IMG/VR virus record: IMGVR_UViG_3300033232_000051
Location: 1-45,810 of that record
Direction: 5' to 3' (one strand)
Length of the DNA stretch: 45,810 nucleotides
DNA from: a virus
Lineage: Duplodnaviria; Caudoviricetes
Positions 36,653-45,369 of this stretch are shown here, piece by piece. The position numbers and the translations under genes are program-made. The notes below the pieces were generated by a model that saw only the letters and a program-made list of their open reading frames with translations, did not search any database and was not told the DNA's origin. The number at the start of each line of letters is the position of its first letter. Within the stretch, counting starts at the first letter, position 1.

Positions 36653-38200
36653 TTAAAAGTTATTCATATTTTTTGTTCGTTGTTTAACATATTCTTGAAA
36701 TGGACCGTCTGATTTGACTTGAACATTCTTATCTTGTTTAACTTTATCTTGTGCGAGTTTATCTGTACTTTCAGTTAGCATTTGATGATTATTAAGTTGA
36801 TTTTGACGATTTGTACTATTACCTTGCATTATAATTTTTTCTTTATGTTCTTCAACGTCAGTATCAATCAAACCCATTTCATGTAATAATTTATCTTTAG
36901 TAAGCCGTAAATCATATCGTGCAAGAATATCTTGGTTTTTAGTTAAAGTGTCAGCTCTCATCATAGCGATTTGAGTTTCTCGCACTTCATCTTGTTTATA
37001 CGTTCTATTAAATCGTAATGTGACTTTATACTCATCTAGTAACTGAGAATTTATCATATCCTCATAAATATTTTGAATATGTCCTACCTTCCTATAATAA
37101 CCTTCGGTTGATGTATTACTTCCAGTCACACCAGTACCGACCAATAAATCACTTAGACGTGAACTAGGAATACTCCAGACCATAACCATTAATTGAGTTA
37201 GATATCTAGCAAGTTCTCTGAACTCCATATCGTGGTCCATTTTATTTAGTTCTTTGACTTCAACTTTTCCAGTTAAAACTAGATTTTTATACTTATGAGT
37301 GATGTTAGCATATTGTTGAATAGCTTTCTTCATTTCCTTGTAATCGTTATCGGATGAGTTTGCATCTTCCATTATGAACATATAATTTGGTACGCCACCT
37401 TTCCTAAAATAATATCTGGTATAATCACGGATATCATCTAAAACGTCCATAATAGTTAAAAGAGATTGTGTTGGGGAATATCCATAGACTTTACCGTTAA
37501 TACGCATTAATCTAAAGTGAACTATCTGTTCTGGAGTGAACATAACACTCTCAGCACTATTCATTGGTCTCTGGATATAATGTTGTACGTCTCCATATTT
37601 ATTAGCAGTAATCTTTATTGTTGATGATGGAATATCAATAAACTGTCGTGTGGAAAATAGGTCTTCCTCAGTTGATTTTATAACTAGTTCGGTTAAATCC
37701 GAAATGGATTTCTGTTCATAACCATTATGACGTTTCTTAATAACCCTTGTTAGACTTTTACGGAAATCTGATTTTGTAAATGAATCTTTCCAAATATAAC
37801 CGTCCCCAGTTAAAAGTGTATCTATTAAAACTGAATGTAAGATTTCTTTAGCATGGTTATCACTTAGGAATTTCTCAGCACGTTGTACGTTATTACGACC
37901 ACCTTCAAGTCTCCAACCGTCACTTATAATGTCGTCAACGATTGCAGTTAAGATTGCTTGTAATTCTGGTGATGCCTTGAAATATGCCCAAAGAGTATCG
38001 TAATCAACTTCGGGGCCTCTACCGTATGGTGTAGCTATGACTGGTGACGGATTTTCGTTTGATAACGGAAAAGAATTAGAAACGGATTTTATTTCTGTTG
38101 TATTGCTTATTAACACGTTATCATTAAATGATTTCAAACTATTAGTAAATGAATCATATACTTTTCTCAAATAAGGATTATTATTGCTATTCATAACCAT
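36653..38200 (-). CDS. Portal protein (B)
   Basis: TLLTGDGYI, FTPEQIVHF, YGYSP, YFRKGGVP, DMEFREL. Confidence 0.9.
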   Translation of the reverse strand: MVMNSNNNPYLRKVYDSFTNSLKSFNDNVLISNTTEIKSVSNSFPLSNENPSPVIATPYGRGPEVDYDTLWAYFKASPELQAILTAIVDDIISDGWRLEGGRNNVQRAEKFLSDNHAKEILHSVLIDTLLTGDGYIWKDSFTKSDFRKSLTRVIKKRHNGYEQKSISDLTELVIKSTEEDLFSTRQFIDIPSSTIKITANKYGDVQHYIQRPMNSAESVMFTPEQIVHFRLMRINGKVYGYSPTQSLLTIMDVLDDIRDYTRYYFRKGGVPNYMFIMEDANSSDNDYKEMKKAIQQYANITHKYKNLVLTGKVEVKELNKMDHDMEFRELARYLTQLMVMVWSIPSSRLSDLLVGTGVTGSNTSTEGYYRKVGHIQNIYEDMINSQLLDEYKVTLRFNRTYKQDEVRETQIAMMRADTLTKNQDILARYDLRLTKDKLLHEMGLIDTDVEEHKEKIIMQGNSTNRQNQLNNHQMLTESTDKLAQDKVKQDKNVQVKSDGPFQEYVKQRTKNMNNF

Positions 38201-38234
38201 ACGCCTATTATTATATCATTTTGCTTATTATAAG

Positions 38235-38549
38235 TTATTGAAAATGTATGAAACCACATCTTTCACATTTCAATCGTTTACGGTCTTTTAAATCGTTACG
38301 CTTTAGATTTTTTATTCTTACGACACCACACGAATCACATTGAATTTTTCCAGAGACTAACGTTACGTCCTTTTTACCGTTATCCCAACCCCAACTACGT
38401 TTCATTAAACCATTACAGGGTATGTAGTTTTTACAAGCATTACAATTTAATAACGCATCTTCAACGGTTAAAATCTTAGTATGCTTAAAAATACATAACT
38501 TTTCACCGTTTGCCCGATTAATACAATTTTTACAACCTATAAGTACCAC
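38235..38549 (-). CDS. Multi-CxxC zinc-finger protein
   Basis: CKNC, CNAC, CDSC, CERC. Confidence 0.65.
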   Translation of the reverse strand: MVLIGCKNCINRANGEKLCIFKHTKILTVEDALLNCNACKNYIPCNGLMKRSWGWDNGKKDVTLVSGKIQCDSCGVVRIKNLKRNDLKDRKRLKCERCGFIHFQ

Positions 38550-38554
38550 CTAAA

Positions 38555-38629
38555 TAACGTGATGTGGGTTTGAACCACAGAACTTCGGATTATGAGTCCG
38601 ATGAAATAACCAAGCTATTCTATCATGTT
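38555..38629 (-). tRNA. tRNA with CAT anticodon (Met, initiator-like; Ile2 not excluded), no encoded CCA
   Basis: Cloverleaf: acceptor AACATGA/TCACGTT (one A.C mismatch), anticodon arm TCGGA-CTCATAA-TCCGA, T arm TGTGG-TTCAAAC-CCACA. Confidence 0.85.
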
Positions 38630-40105
38630 TTAACACACATCAAAACTATATGAACTCTTTTTTGAATATGACGCCTCTAAAGCCATACCAAGACTCATTA
38701 CACAATCATCTTTATTACCGACACCCTCATAAGTCTCTTTCAATACCCTACCCATTAAATCCTTACGAACAACTTTTGAGAAACTGCGGAGTTCATTTAT
38801 CAATATCTCGTTATCCAATAAAATTAAAGTTCCAGTACTTAACGCAGACTGGATATTAGCTATTAATAGTTCTTTATTTGCTTGGGTTGTAATAAATCCT
38901 TTCATTACACTTTTTGTCTCTTGCATTTCCGTTAACGTTCTAACTAGACCTTTACTGAGTCCGTTCTCTTCAATTACAATCTGACGGAAGTTAAATATCT
39001 TATGAAGCTTAACAATACGTTCAATCTGTCTTTCAGTCTTCATTCCTTGATATCGTTCCAGTTTGACTATATATTGTGTTCCTTCAGGATTTACACCAAT
39101 TATCGTGTATACTGAGAAATCTGCTTTAGATTGGTCTGCAAGTGCGATATCACCACCCATATAATAAATCCAACCATCTCTAGGTTTATTTTGTATCTCA
39201 ACGTGACGATTCTCTAACAAGTTCTCAGTAAAGATACTAGAACCACCAGCCAGCGGATTACACATATATTCCCTATCAAAACGTAAGCCACCCATTAATG
39301 CACGAGTAGCTTTCAAGTTATCTAGAGACCCAAATTGTGGGTGGTCTTTCCATAACGGTGCTATCCATTTACCGTTTTTATCCGTTATAGCCGCTTGCCA
39401 TCGTCCACCGACCGGAGTAAGTCGTGCTTTTTTTAGGACTTCTTTAATTTCCTTTGAAGGGTATTGTAAATCGTTAAGTAAGTCATCTGTAGTCATCGGT
39501 GTACCTACAAGGACTATCTGACCTCTACCCATGTCACTCGCCGGGAAAATAACGTTCCAGAATAAATCTTTTACTTGGTCTTGCGTATATTTCTCGTCTC
39601 TAAGAATATCATCACAAATTGTGAAATTAGGACGTACACCACGACTTGTAGGTTTTAATGGTTTTACGAATGCCATATTACCAGTCACGGTTTCTAACTG
39701 TCTCGTGTTCCATTTCATATCCGTTCCCTCTGGACGGAGGTTTTTAAAAAAGGGGTTATTCATTATGATGTCGTGGACTTGTTTTAAGTTACTCTCAGTC
39801 TGTTCACGACTTGCACTAAACATTGCTATCTTACATTTCTTCTCACGCCAGAGTCGCCAGAGAACGTAACCAACTGAAACGTTTGTGGTTTTACCGAAAC
39901 CACGAGGTAAGATTAAATAAACGATTTGACCAGAGAAAAGGTAATTAGTCATGTCAACGTGGAATGGTGCGAACTTAATATCAAAAACGCCTTCAATGAA
40001 AACTTGAAGACTAAAATATGCTTTCTGACGAAATAATGCCTCATCAATCGGTGTTGCAAAGTTCATCATTTTTTCCCAACACCATGTATCGTAACTGAGT
40101 ATCAT
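38630..40105 (-). CDS. terL: Terminase large subunit (B); true start probably near 40069
   Basis: LPRGFGKTT Walker A, SRGVRP..ICDDI, VGTP, GGDIA, DFS, IEEN, DDCVMSL. Confidence 0.93.
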   Translation of the reverse strand: MILSYDTWCWEKMMNFATPIDEALFRQKAYFSLQVFIEGVFDIKFAPFHVDMTNYLFSGQIVYLILPRGFGKTTNVSVGYVLWRLWREKKCKIAMFSASREQTESNLKQVHDIIMNNPFFKNLRPEGTDMKWNTRQLETVTGNMAFVKPLKPTSRGVRPNFTICDDILRDEKYTQDQVKDLFWNVIFPASDMGRGQIVLVGTPMTTDDLLNDLQYPSKEIKEVLKKARLTPVGGRWQAAITDKNGKWIAPLWKDHPQFGSLDNLKATRALMGGLRFDREYMCNPLAGGSSIFTENLLENRHVEIQNKPRDGWIYYMGGDIALADQSKADFSVYTIIGVNPEGTQYIVKLERYQGMKTERQIERIVKLHKIFNFRQIVIEENGLSKGLVRTLTEMQETKSVMKGFITTQANKELLIANIQSALSTGTLILLDNEILINELRSFSKVVRKDLMGRVLKETYEGVGNKDDCVMSLGMALEASYSKKSSYSFDVC

Positions 40106-40685
40106 TTATCGTTATCTTCTTTTCATGAACTAAATCCTCTAGGAATTTCTGTGAAGCAACATTGAACTCGCTAGTCATCATAATAGAACGCATGTCATAA
40201 GTGATACTGACAGCACTTTTTAACATATCAAGCTTTTCCATAGCAGTTCGTAACTGACTATGGAACTCTCGTATAGAAATCATTAATTCTCGTGAATATG
40301 TGTCGGGGTCGGCATAGTACCGTTCAATTAACTTTCGGTTGATGCCGTGCAACCATTCAAACTCTTCGGCAACACGATTACTGGAATCTAGGATAGTTTG
40401 GACTTGTTCTTGTTGCTGGGTTGTAGTCTTTGAGATTTTATGGATATTCTTTTTCCATGTACCTAAAGTGACAAGGGTTGGGATTTTCTCAAAACCATCT
40501 TTTCGCAAAGCGTTACGGATGTACGCAGCTTTATGACCTTCAGCGATATATTTTAAAGAACGCATTTTAATGTCGTTAGAATAAGGTTCAAAAACCGTTG
40601 CATACTTGGAATCTTTAAGACGGACTTTATCTGATTTTTCTTGTCGGATTCTGGCAGCTTCAGTATTATCAGAAACTTCTACCAT
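40044..40685 (-). CDS. Putative terminase small subunit (B)
   Basis: Upstream of and overlapping TerL; HTH-like segment plus helices; has its own TATA promoter. Confidence 0.6.
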   Translation of the reverse strand: MVEVSDNTEAARIRQEKSDKVRLKDSKYATVFEPYSNDIKMRSLKYIAEGHKAAYIRNALRKDGFEKIPTLVTLGTWKKNIHKISKTTTQQQEQVQTILDSSNRVAEEFEWLHGINRKLIERYYADPDTYSRELMISIREFHSQLRTAMEKLDMLKSAVSITYDMRSIMMTSEFNVASQKFLEDLVHEKKITINDTQLRYMVLGKNDELCNTD

Positions 40686-40699
40686 AAATGGATTTATGT

Positions 40700-40723
40700 T
40701 TTCTTACTTTATAAATCTTTTGA
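40700..40723 (-). promoter_or_regulatory. BRE-TATA promoter (CAAAAGATTTATAAAG) for the B packaging operon
   Basis: TTTATAAA at 40708-40715, about 23 nt upstream of ATG 40685 (leaderless spacing). Confidence 0.65.
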
Positions 40724-40767
40724 TGTTACAAGGTAGGGCTAACATATTCCCGACGTTAGGAAAACGA

Positions 40768-40905
40768 TTATAAGAACGTTTTATAATTCTCGCCACAACG
40801 AAGACAACCACAAGAACCAGTACAAGTCGGTCCAACACAGTCTTCGTTCAAGTGACAAGTACAATTACTAGTCGCTATTACTTTCTCGGGAATGTCGTCT
40901 GGCAT
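40768..40905 (-). CDS. 45-aa Cys-rich peptide MPDDIPEKVIATSNCTCHLNEDCVGPTCTGSCGCLRCGENYKTFL
   Basis: Manual translation; AAGGTGA SD; 7 Cys. Confidence 0.6.
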   Translation of the reverse strand: MPDDIPEKVIATSNCTCHLNEDCVGPTCTGSCGCLRCGENYKTFL

Positions 40906-41009
40906 AATGTGTCACCTTGTTTCCTATCTACAAGTTGGTACTTTAACTCAAACAACAACAAACTCAAACAAAAGAGGAAGATTATAGTAAAGAGGAGTTC
41001 TAGTATCAT
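40878..41009 (-). CDS. 43-aa single-TM peptide MILELLFTIIFLFCLSLLLFELK...
   Basis: Manual translation; hydrophobic N-terminus; overlaps the next ORF. Confidence 0.45.
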   Translation of the reverse strand: MILELLFTIIFLFCLSLLLFELKYQLVDRKQGDTLCQTTFPRK

Positions 41010-41111
41010 ACAAGTCGCCTGTGATTAGGACCTTGGAGTGATGTGTTCACACCCCTACAGTCTTACGAACAACCCTCAAAGACCAGAGGTATCGTCAAAA
41101 AGATATTACAT

Positions 41112-41136
41112 TTTTCAATTATTAAAAGTTTCGGTG
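41112..41136 (-). promoter_or_regulatory. BRE-TATA promoter (CCGAAACTTTTAATAA)
   Basis: Archaeal consensus pointing into the two micro-ORFs. Confidence 0.55.
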
Positions 41137-41614
41137 TTATTTAGATATCGTTGCATATACTTTTAAATAGATGAAAATGTATTAAATTAAGTGGTAGGAT
41201 ACGCTTTAATACCTTTTTCTTATCCTACCAACCCCCTATTTATACACAGTTGTCACTTTTAAAACGGACAACTTAGGTCGGAAAATTGCCGATAACGAAA
41301 ATGCATAAAAACCTCGGGGAAATTAAAGTACAAAAAAATCTGAAAAAAAACGAAACGATATCGGGGGGGTGTCATCAATATTCAGTAAAAATGGCGAGAA
41401 AATTATTTGGATACCTATTATACCCCCTACCCTTAAAGTTAGGCACTATACCCCCCCCTTGTTACTACTATATAATGACATATGCATATCTCACTATATT
41501 AATATATAAGTATAAAACTATAAAACTAGTACAATAGTGAAACAAGACCGATAACTATATAAAGCAGCCTGAACAATATATATTATAAACCAATAGGGGT
41601 TTATGAGGGGGTTA

Positions 41615-41838
41615 GAGTCATACAGTACTAGCTAAGGCTATGATGTACTTTATTATGGCTCCGCTCGTGGTAGGCAGTTGACGTAAACAGCGTCAGCTCA
41701 CAACATCGTATAGCACGGTGAACTTTAGGGATTGACTATTTTGACAAACATATGTATATAAATGGAACGCGGAAGCCTACTCCGTATCGTTACTGTCAAG
41801 TATGTTATGATGTCATAGGTCGGCTCGTCATTATCCTT
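41615..41838 (+). ncRNA. Candidate structured non-coding RNA
   Basis: GC-richer ORF-free island with nested stems, G.U pairs on the + strand and a possible pseudoknot. Confidence 0.35.
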
Positions 41839-42125
41839 AGATACAAGTATTTAAGGGGGTTTTGGGGGGGGTTAATACCCCCCTTTATATTTAGATAGCT
41901 CAGAGTGGTATACTGCTCTGAGTCTACATATAACACGTTTTTTATTAAGGGTTTAATATCCCCTCTATAAAGCGTGTGATTTTGAAAAGTAATTTTATAA
42001 GATTTATAATTACTTTGAAAGGTCTTGTATGTATTATCAAGGCGTATTTGTTTTATAATACCCTTGTGAAATTAGATAAATATAAATTCTAGTCTTTAAT
42101 AGACTAGTTAAAGGAGGAGATAAAA

Positions 42126-42470
42126 ATGAATAATAAAAATCTAAAAATTAGAAATATGACCCCTCACGATGTGGGGGTTATAGATAAAACGACTAATAAA
42201 GTCGTTATAAACTACCTTTCAGAAGGTAGCATAAGGCTAACTGAAGAGAGAGAGTTTTTATATACTGTAAACGGCGTATCTGTTTATAGCAAAACTTTCG
42301 GGAGTGCTGAAATTCCCGAAAAAGTTAAAGATACGATGTATATCGTGTCTTTGGCGGTCGGGCAGGCCTATCCTGAGCGTACAGATTTCTTAATTCCGGA
42401 CCAATTGGTTCGGGATGAAAAAGGGGTAGTCTTAGGATGCACCTCTTTTACGGTTTTTAGTAATTACTGA
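42126..42470 (+). CDS. Conserved viral protein (NMTPH...LVRDEKG), homologue of 7487..7858
   Basis: AAGGAGG SD; homology to the A copy. Confidence 0.85.
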   Translation: MNNKNLKIRNMTPHDVGVIDKTTNKVVINYLSEGSIRLTEEREFLYTVNGVSVYSKTFGSAEIPEKVKDTMYIVSLAVGQAYPERTDFLIPDQLVRDEKGVVLGCTSFTVFSNY

Positions 42471-42477
42471 AATAGAG

Positions 42478-42660
42478 GTGTTTAAAATGGAAAGTATTTT
42501 AAAAAAAATTATCAAAATTGGAAGGTCAAAAGGGATAATTATCCCTTTTCATCTATTCAATTCTTATAAAAATATAAAGCCCTCTGATTATGTAACGGTC
42601 ACATATATCGGCACAACGGGCGATATTGTTATATCTCGGCTTGAGATAGAACAAAATTAA
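42478..42660 (+). CDS. AbrB/MazE-like DNA-binding protein
   Basis: KKIIKIGRSKGIIIP...DYVTV swapped-hairpin signature. Confidence 0.7.
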   Translation: MFKMESILKKIIKIGRSKGIIIPFHLFNSYKNIKPSDYVTVTYIGTTGDIVISRLEIEQN

Positions 42661-42667
42661 GAAAAAA

Positions 42668-42913
42668 ATGGGAAAAAAACTTTATTTAATTAAGAAAGAT
42701 GGAAGAAAAATAACAATAATTCCGTCCGGATGGATTGATTCGGATGGTGATTATTGTCAGGATATCCGAAGAAATCCGACCACAAAACGGTTTGAATATT
42801 TTAGTTATTTTACAGGTTTTGAGAAATATGCTGAATATCTGAATCTGGTATATGGTAAAACCGTAAAAGAGGTCATAGAAGACCTGGAAGAAAGATGTGG
42901 TTATATAGAGTAA
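42668..42913 (+). CDS. Hypothetical protein
   Basis: Operon-coupled ORF. Confidence 0.6.
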   Translation: MGKKLYLIKKDGRKITIIPSGWIDSDGDYCQDIRRNPTTKRFEYFSYFTGFEKYAEYLNLVYGKTVKEVIEDLEERCGYIE

Positions 42914-42957
42914 GAACATAACTTTGAAAGTTGATTATATAATAAAAGGTAAGAGAA

Positions 42958-43395
42958 ATGAAAACGATTATTAAAAAGACTGAAACAATAAATATGAAAA
43001 TATCACGGTGTCCTATTGGACTAGAGATATACATAAAAAGTCCTGTTATAGAGGACTTTTTTAAAGGTTTGGCTCAGGGTGTGGTATCCACATCAACCGA
43101 AAGTAATTGGTTACCCCATAAGGGCTATACCCCTCAGGGCAATATAGAACATATTGCCAATACCCATTTTGATAATTGGGGGGGTTCTTTAGTTCAGAAG
43201 GGATATTATAATTTGTCTATGCTCCGGACTGTTGGCTTGAGTAAAGGACAAACCTTTAGATTCAAGGGAGTGTTTTCTAAAAACATGATAGAAAACATTG
43301 CAACAGAATTTAAAACCGTCTTAATTACGCTCATAAAAAATTATGTTAAACCTATGGAAGTAACCATTAAGGTTTATAGTAATGAAATAATTTAA
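42958..43395 (+). CDS. Hypothetical protein
   Basis: Operon-coupled ORF upstream of the amidoligase. Confidence 0.7.
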   Translation: MKTIIKKTETINMKISRCPIGLEIYIKSPVIEDFFKGLAQGVVSTSTESNWLPHKGYTPQGNIEHIANTHFDNWGGSLVQKGYYNLSMLRTVGLSKGQTFRFKGVFSKNMIENIATEFKTVLITLIKNYVKPMEVTIKVYSNEII

Positions 43396-43404
43396 GGTGT
43401 TTAA

Positions 43405-44058
43405 ATGGGATATAAATATATAAATAAAATAGGTATAGAAATAGAGGGAGGTTGGATACACTCCTTTATTTTAAAATATCTAAAAGGAGATGGTTCCGTA
43501 CATATCAATAATATGAGATGTTATGATGACGACGATGATGAGGATGAGGATTATAATGAACCCTATGGGTATTCCGGCGAAGTTTGTAGTGAACCTATAA
43601 ATATTCAGGAGGGTATTGAATATATAAATAACTATTATCCCGATGAGTTTAATGAAACTTGTGGGATTCATTTCCATATATCATTTAAAAACAATAAATA
43701 CGCCTCTATATTAACAGATAAACGGTTTTATGAGATGTTTATTAAAGACTTTACTGTTTGGGGATTAAAACAGAAAATAGATTCTAGTTCTTTATTCTGG
43801 ACCCGTTTAAACGGGAAAAATCAATTCTGTAAAAATATATTTAATCCGGACGGTCAGATATTACAAAACGATAGTAGATATACACAAATAAACTTTTGCT
43901 CATTAAAAAAACATAACACAGTTGAATTTAGAGTATTTCCGGTATTTGATAAAAAGCATCAAACTGTAAGTGCTTTAAAAAAATTAGTATCTATAATTAA
44001 TAAATTTATCGATAAATGTAACAAAGAGTATTCTGAAAAAATAACAATTAACATATAA
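43405..44058 (+). CDS. Putative amidoligase (glutamine synthetase-like COOH-NH2 ligase)
   Basis: GIEIE, DGS, GEVCSEP, TCGIHFHIS, RY..IN, TVEFR. Confidence 0.85.
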   Translation: MGYKYINKIGIEIEGGWIHSFILKYLKGDGSVHINNMRCYDDDDDEDEDYNEPYGYSGEVCSEPINIQEGIEYINNYYPDEFNETCGIHFHISFKNNKYASILTDKRFYEMFIKDFTVWGLKQKIDSSSLFWTRLNGKNQFCKNIFNPDGQILQNDSRYTQINFCSLKKHNTVEFRVFPVFDKKHQTVSALKKLVSIINKFIDKCNKEYSEKITINI

Positions 44059-44074
44059 GGGGGAGTGGATAATT

Positions 44075-44827
44075 ATGTGTATAGTATTAGTATGTAAAAC
44101 AGAAAAACCTACAATGGAAATTCTCAAAAATTGTGAAGAATCAAATGGCGATGGTGCCGGGATATCATGGCGAGAAGGAAATAAAATAAAATGGTCTAAA
44201 GGACATAATGCAGAAGAGATTTATACATTAAGTCAGTCTGTTGAATTGCCTTTTATAGTTCATTTTAGATTCGCCACAGTCGGAGGTTCTATAAAGGAAC
44301 TATGTCACCCTTTTAGTGTAACAAAAGATGTTAAAACAACATTAAAAGGTAGTGCAAAAGAGGTTATAATGCATAACGGTCATTGGTCCAATTGGTCTGA
44401 AGCTTTAAAAAACAATATGATATGTTCTAGTGCTAGAATACCTACGGGGGTATGGTCGGATACACGAGCTATTGCATATTTTACAAATAGATGCGGTTCA
44501 GGATTTTTACAGATGTTAGATGAAAAGGTTGTATTGTTTAATATGAAACATATAACTATATTTGGTTCTGGTTGGACTGAAGAAGATAATGGTATTATTT
44601 ATTCAAATACAGAGTATAAAGGTCGTTATAAAAGTGTATATCGTGAAGAAAAATGGACTAATAGACACTATAGAAACGGATATTATAAAAAAAATGGACA
44701 TTCTTATGGTCAGGATTATGAAGATAATACGCTAGAAGATGAAGAAAAGGAATTTGAAACAGATAGATTGGATAAAGATGAAAAATGTAAAAATGCTACA
44801 ATCTGTATGGCGGAATATATGGATTAA
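44075..44827 (+). CDS. Class II (Ntn) glutamine amidotransferase
   Basis: N-terminal Cys2, NGDGAG, HFRFAT, HPF, HNG, SDT. Confidence 0.9.
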   Translation: MCIVLVCKTEKPTMEILKNCEESNGDGAGISWREGNKIKWSKGHNAEEIYTLSQSVELPFIVHFRFATVGGSIKELCHPFSVTKDVKTTLKGSAKEVIMHNGHWSNWSEALKNNMICSSARIPTGVWSDTRAIAYFTNRCGSGFLQMLDEKVVLFNMKHITIFGSGWTEEDNGIIYSNTEYKGRYKSVYREEKWTNRHYRNGYYKKNGHSYGQDYEDNTLEDEEKEFETDRLDKDEKCKNATICMAEYMD

Positions 44828-44839
44828 GGGGGTGTTATT

Positions 44840-45313
44840 ATGGATAAATTATTAGAAAATAAAGATGTAACTAAAACTATAAATGATTATGACTTATTAT
44901 TTGTATATGGAACTTTACGAAAATCCGGTAGTTTACATAAACTGTATTTAACCGATGCAATTTATAGTACTACAATAAAATTAAGTGGTGTTAAATTGTA
45001 TGAGTCTCAACTCCTACCTGTTGCCGTTTTGACTAAAAAGGATAAACATAAGATTAAAGGGGAGTTATATTATGTTCTTAAAACGGATATGCTCTCTATA
45101 GACAGATTAGAAAGTAGTTATAGAAAAGTTAAATTAACCGTTGCGATTAGCGGGTATAGTGAAAAACAAGAAGTTATAATGTATGTTAAAAAAACAACAG
45201 AAATTATAAATTTACAACCTTATCGTATTAAATCTGGCGATTGGATATTACATCAAAAGATTTTTGAAGATAAAGTTAATAAAATGTGTGAAGAAGAACG
45301 GTTTTGTATGTAA
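44840..45313 (+). CDS. Gamma-glutamylcyclotransferase (AIG2-like)
   Basis: FVYGTLR, GELY, IDRLE..YR. Confidence 0.9.
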   Translation: MDKLLENKDVTKTINDYDLLFVYGTLRKSGSLHKLYLTDAIYSTTIKLSGVKLYESQLLPVAVLTKKDKHKIKGELYYVLKTDMLSIDRLESSYRKVKLTVAISGYSEKQEVIMYVKKTTEIINLQPYRIKSGDWILHQKIFEDKVNKMCEEERFCM

Positions 45314-45369
45314 GACCAAAATCTATTTATACTCACAAAACAAATAACAATATAAGGGGGGTTATTAAA

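Noticed and set aside
183-40536. Numerous plus-strand ORFs of 60-185 aa
   Set aside because: They lie antisense to well-supported minus-strand genes and lack recognisable motifs or SD signals.
40740-41010. Large ncRNA suggested by recurring ACAA motifs
   Set aside because: The motifs are explained by TGT/TTG codons of two minus-strand micro-ORFs; only local stems were retained.
41010-41096. Twister-like ribozyme (GGTCCTAA motif)
   Set aside because: The required pseudoknot partners and conserved flanks could not be placed; kept only as a structured leader.
41286-41537. 83-aa plus-strand ORF
   Set aside because: TTG start, runs through homopolymer tracts, no protein-like features.
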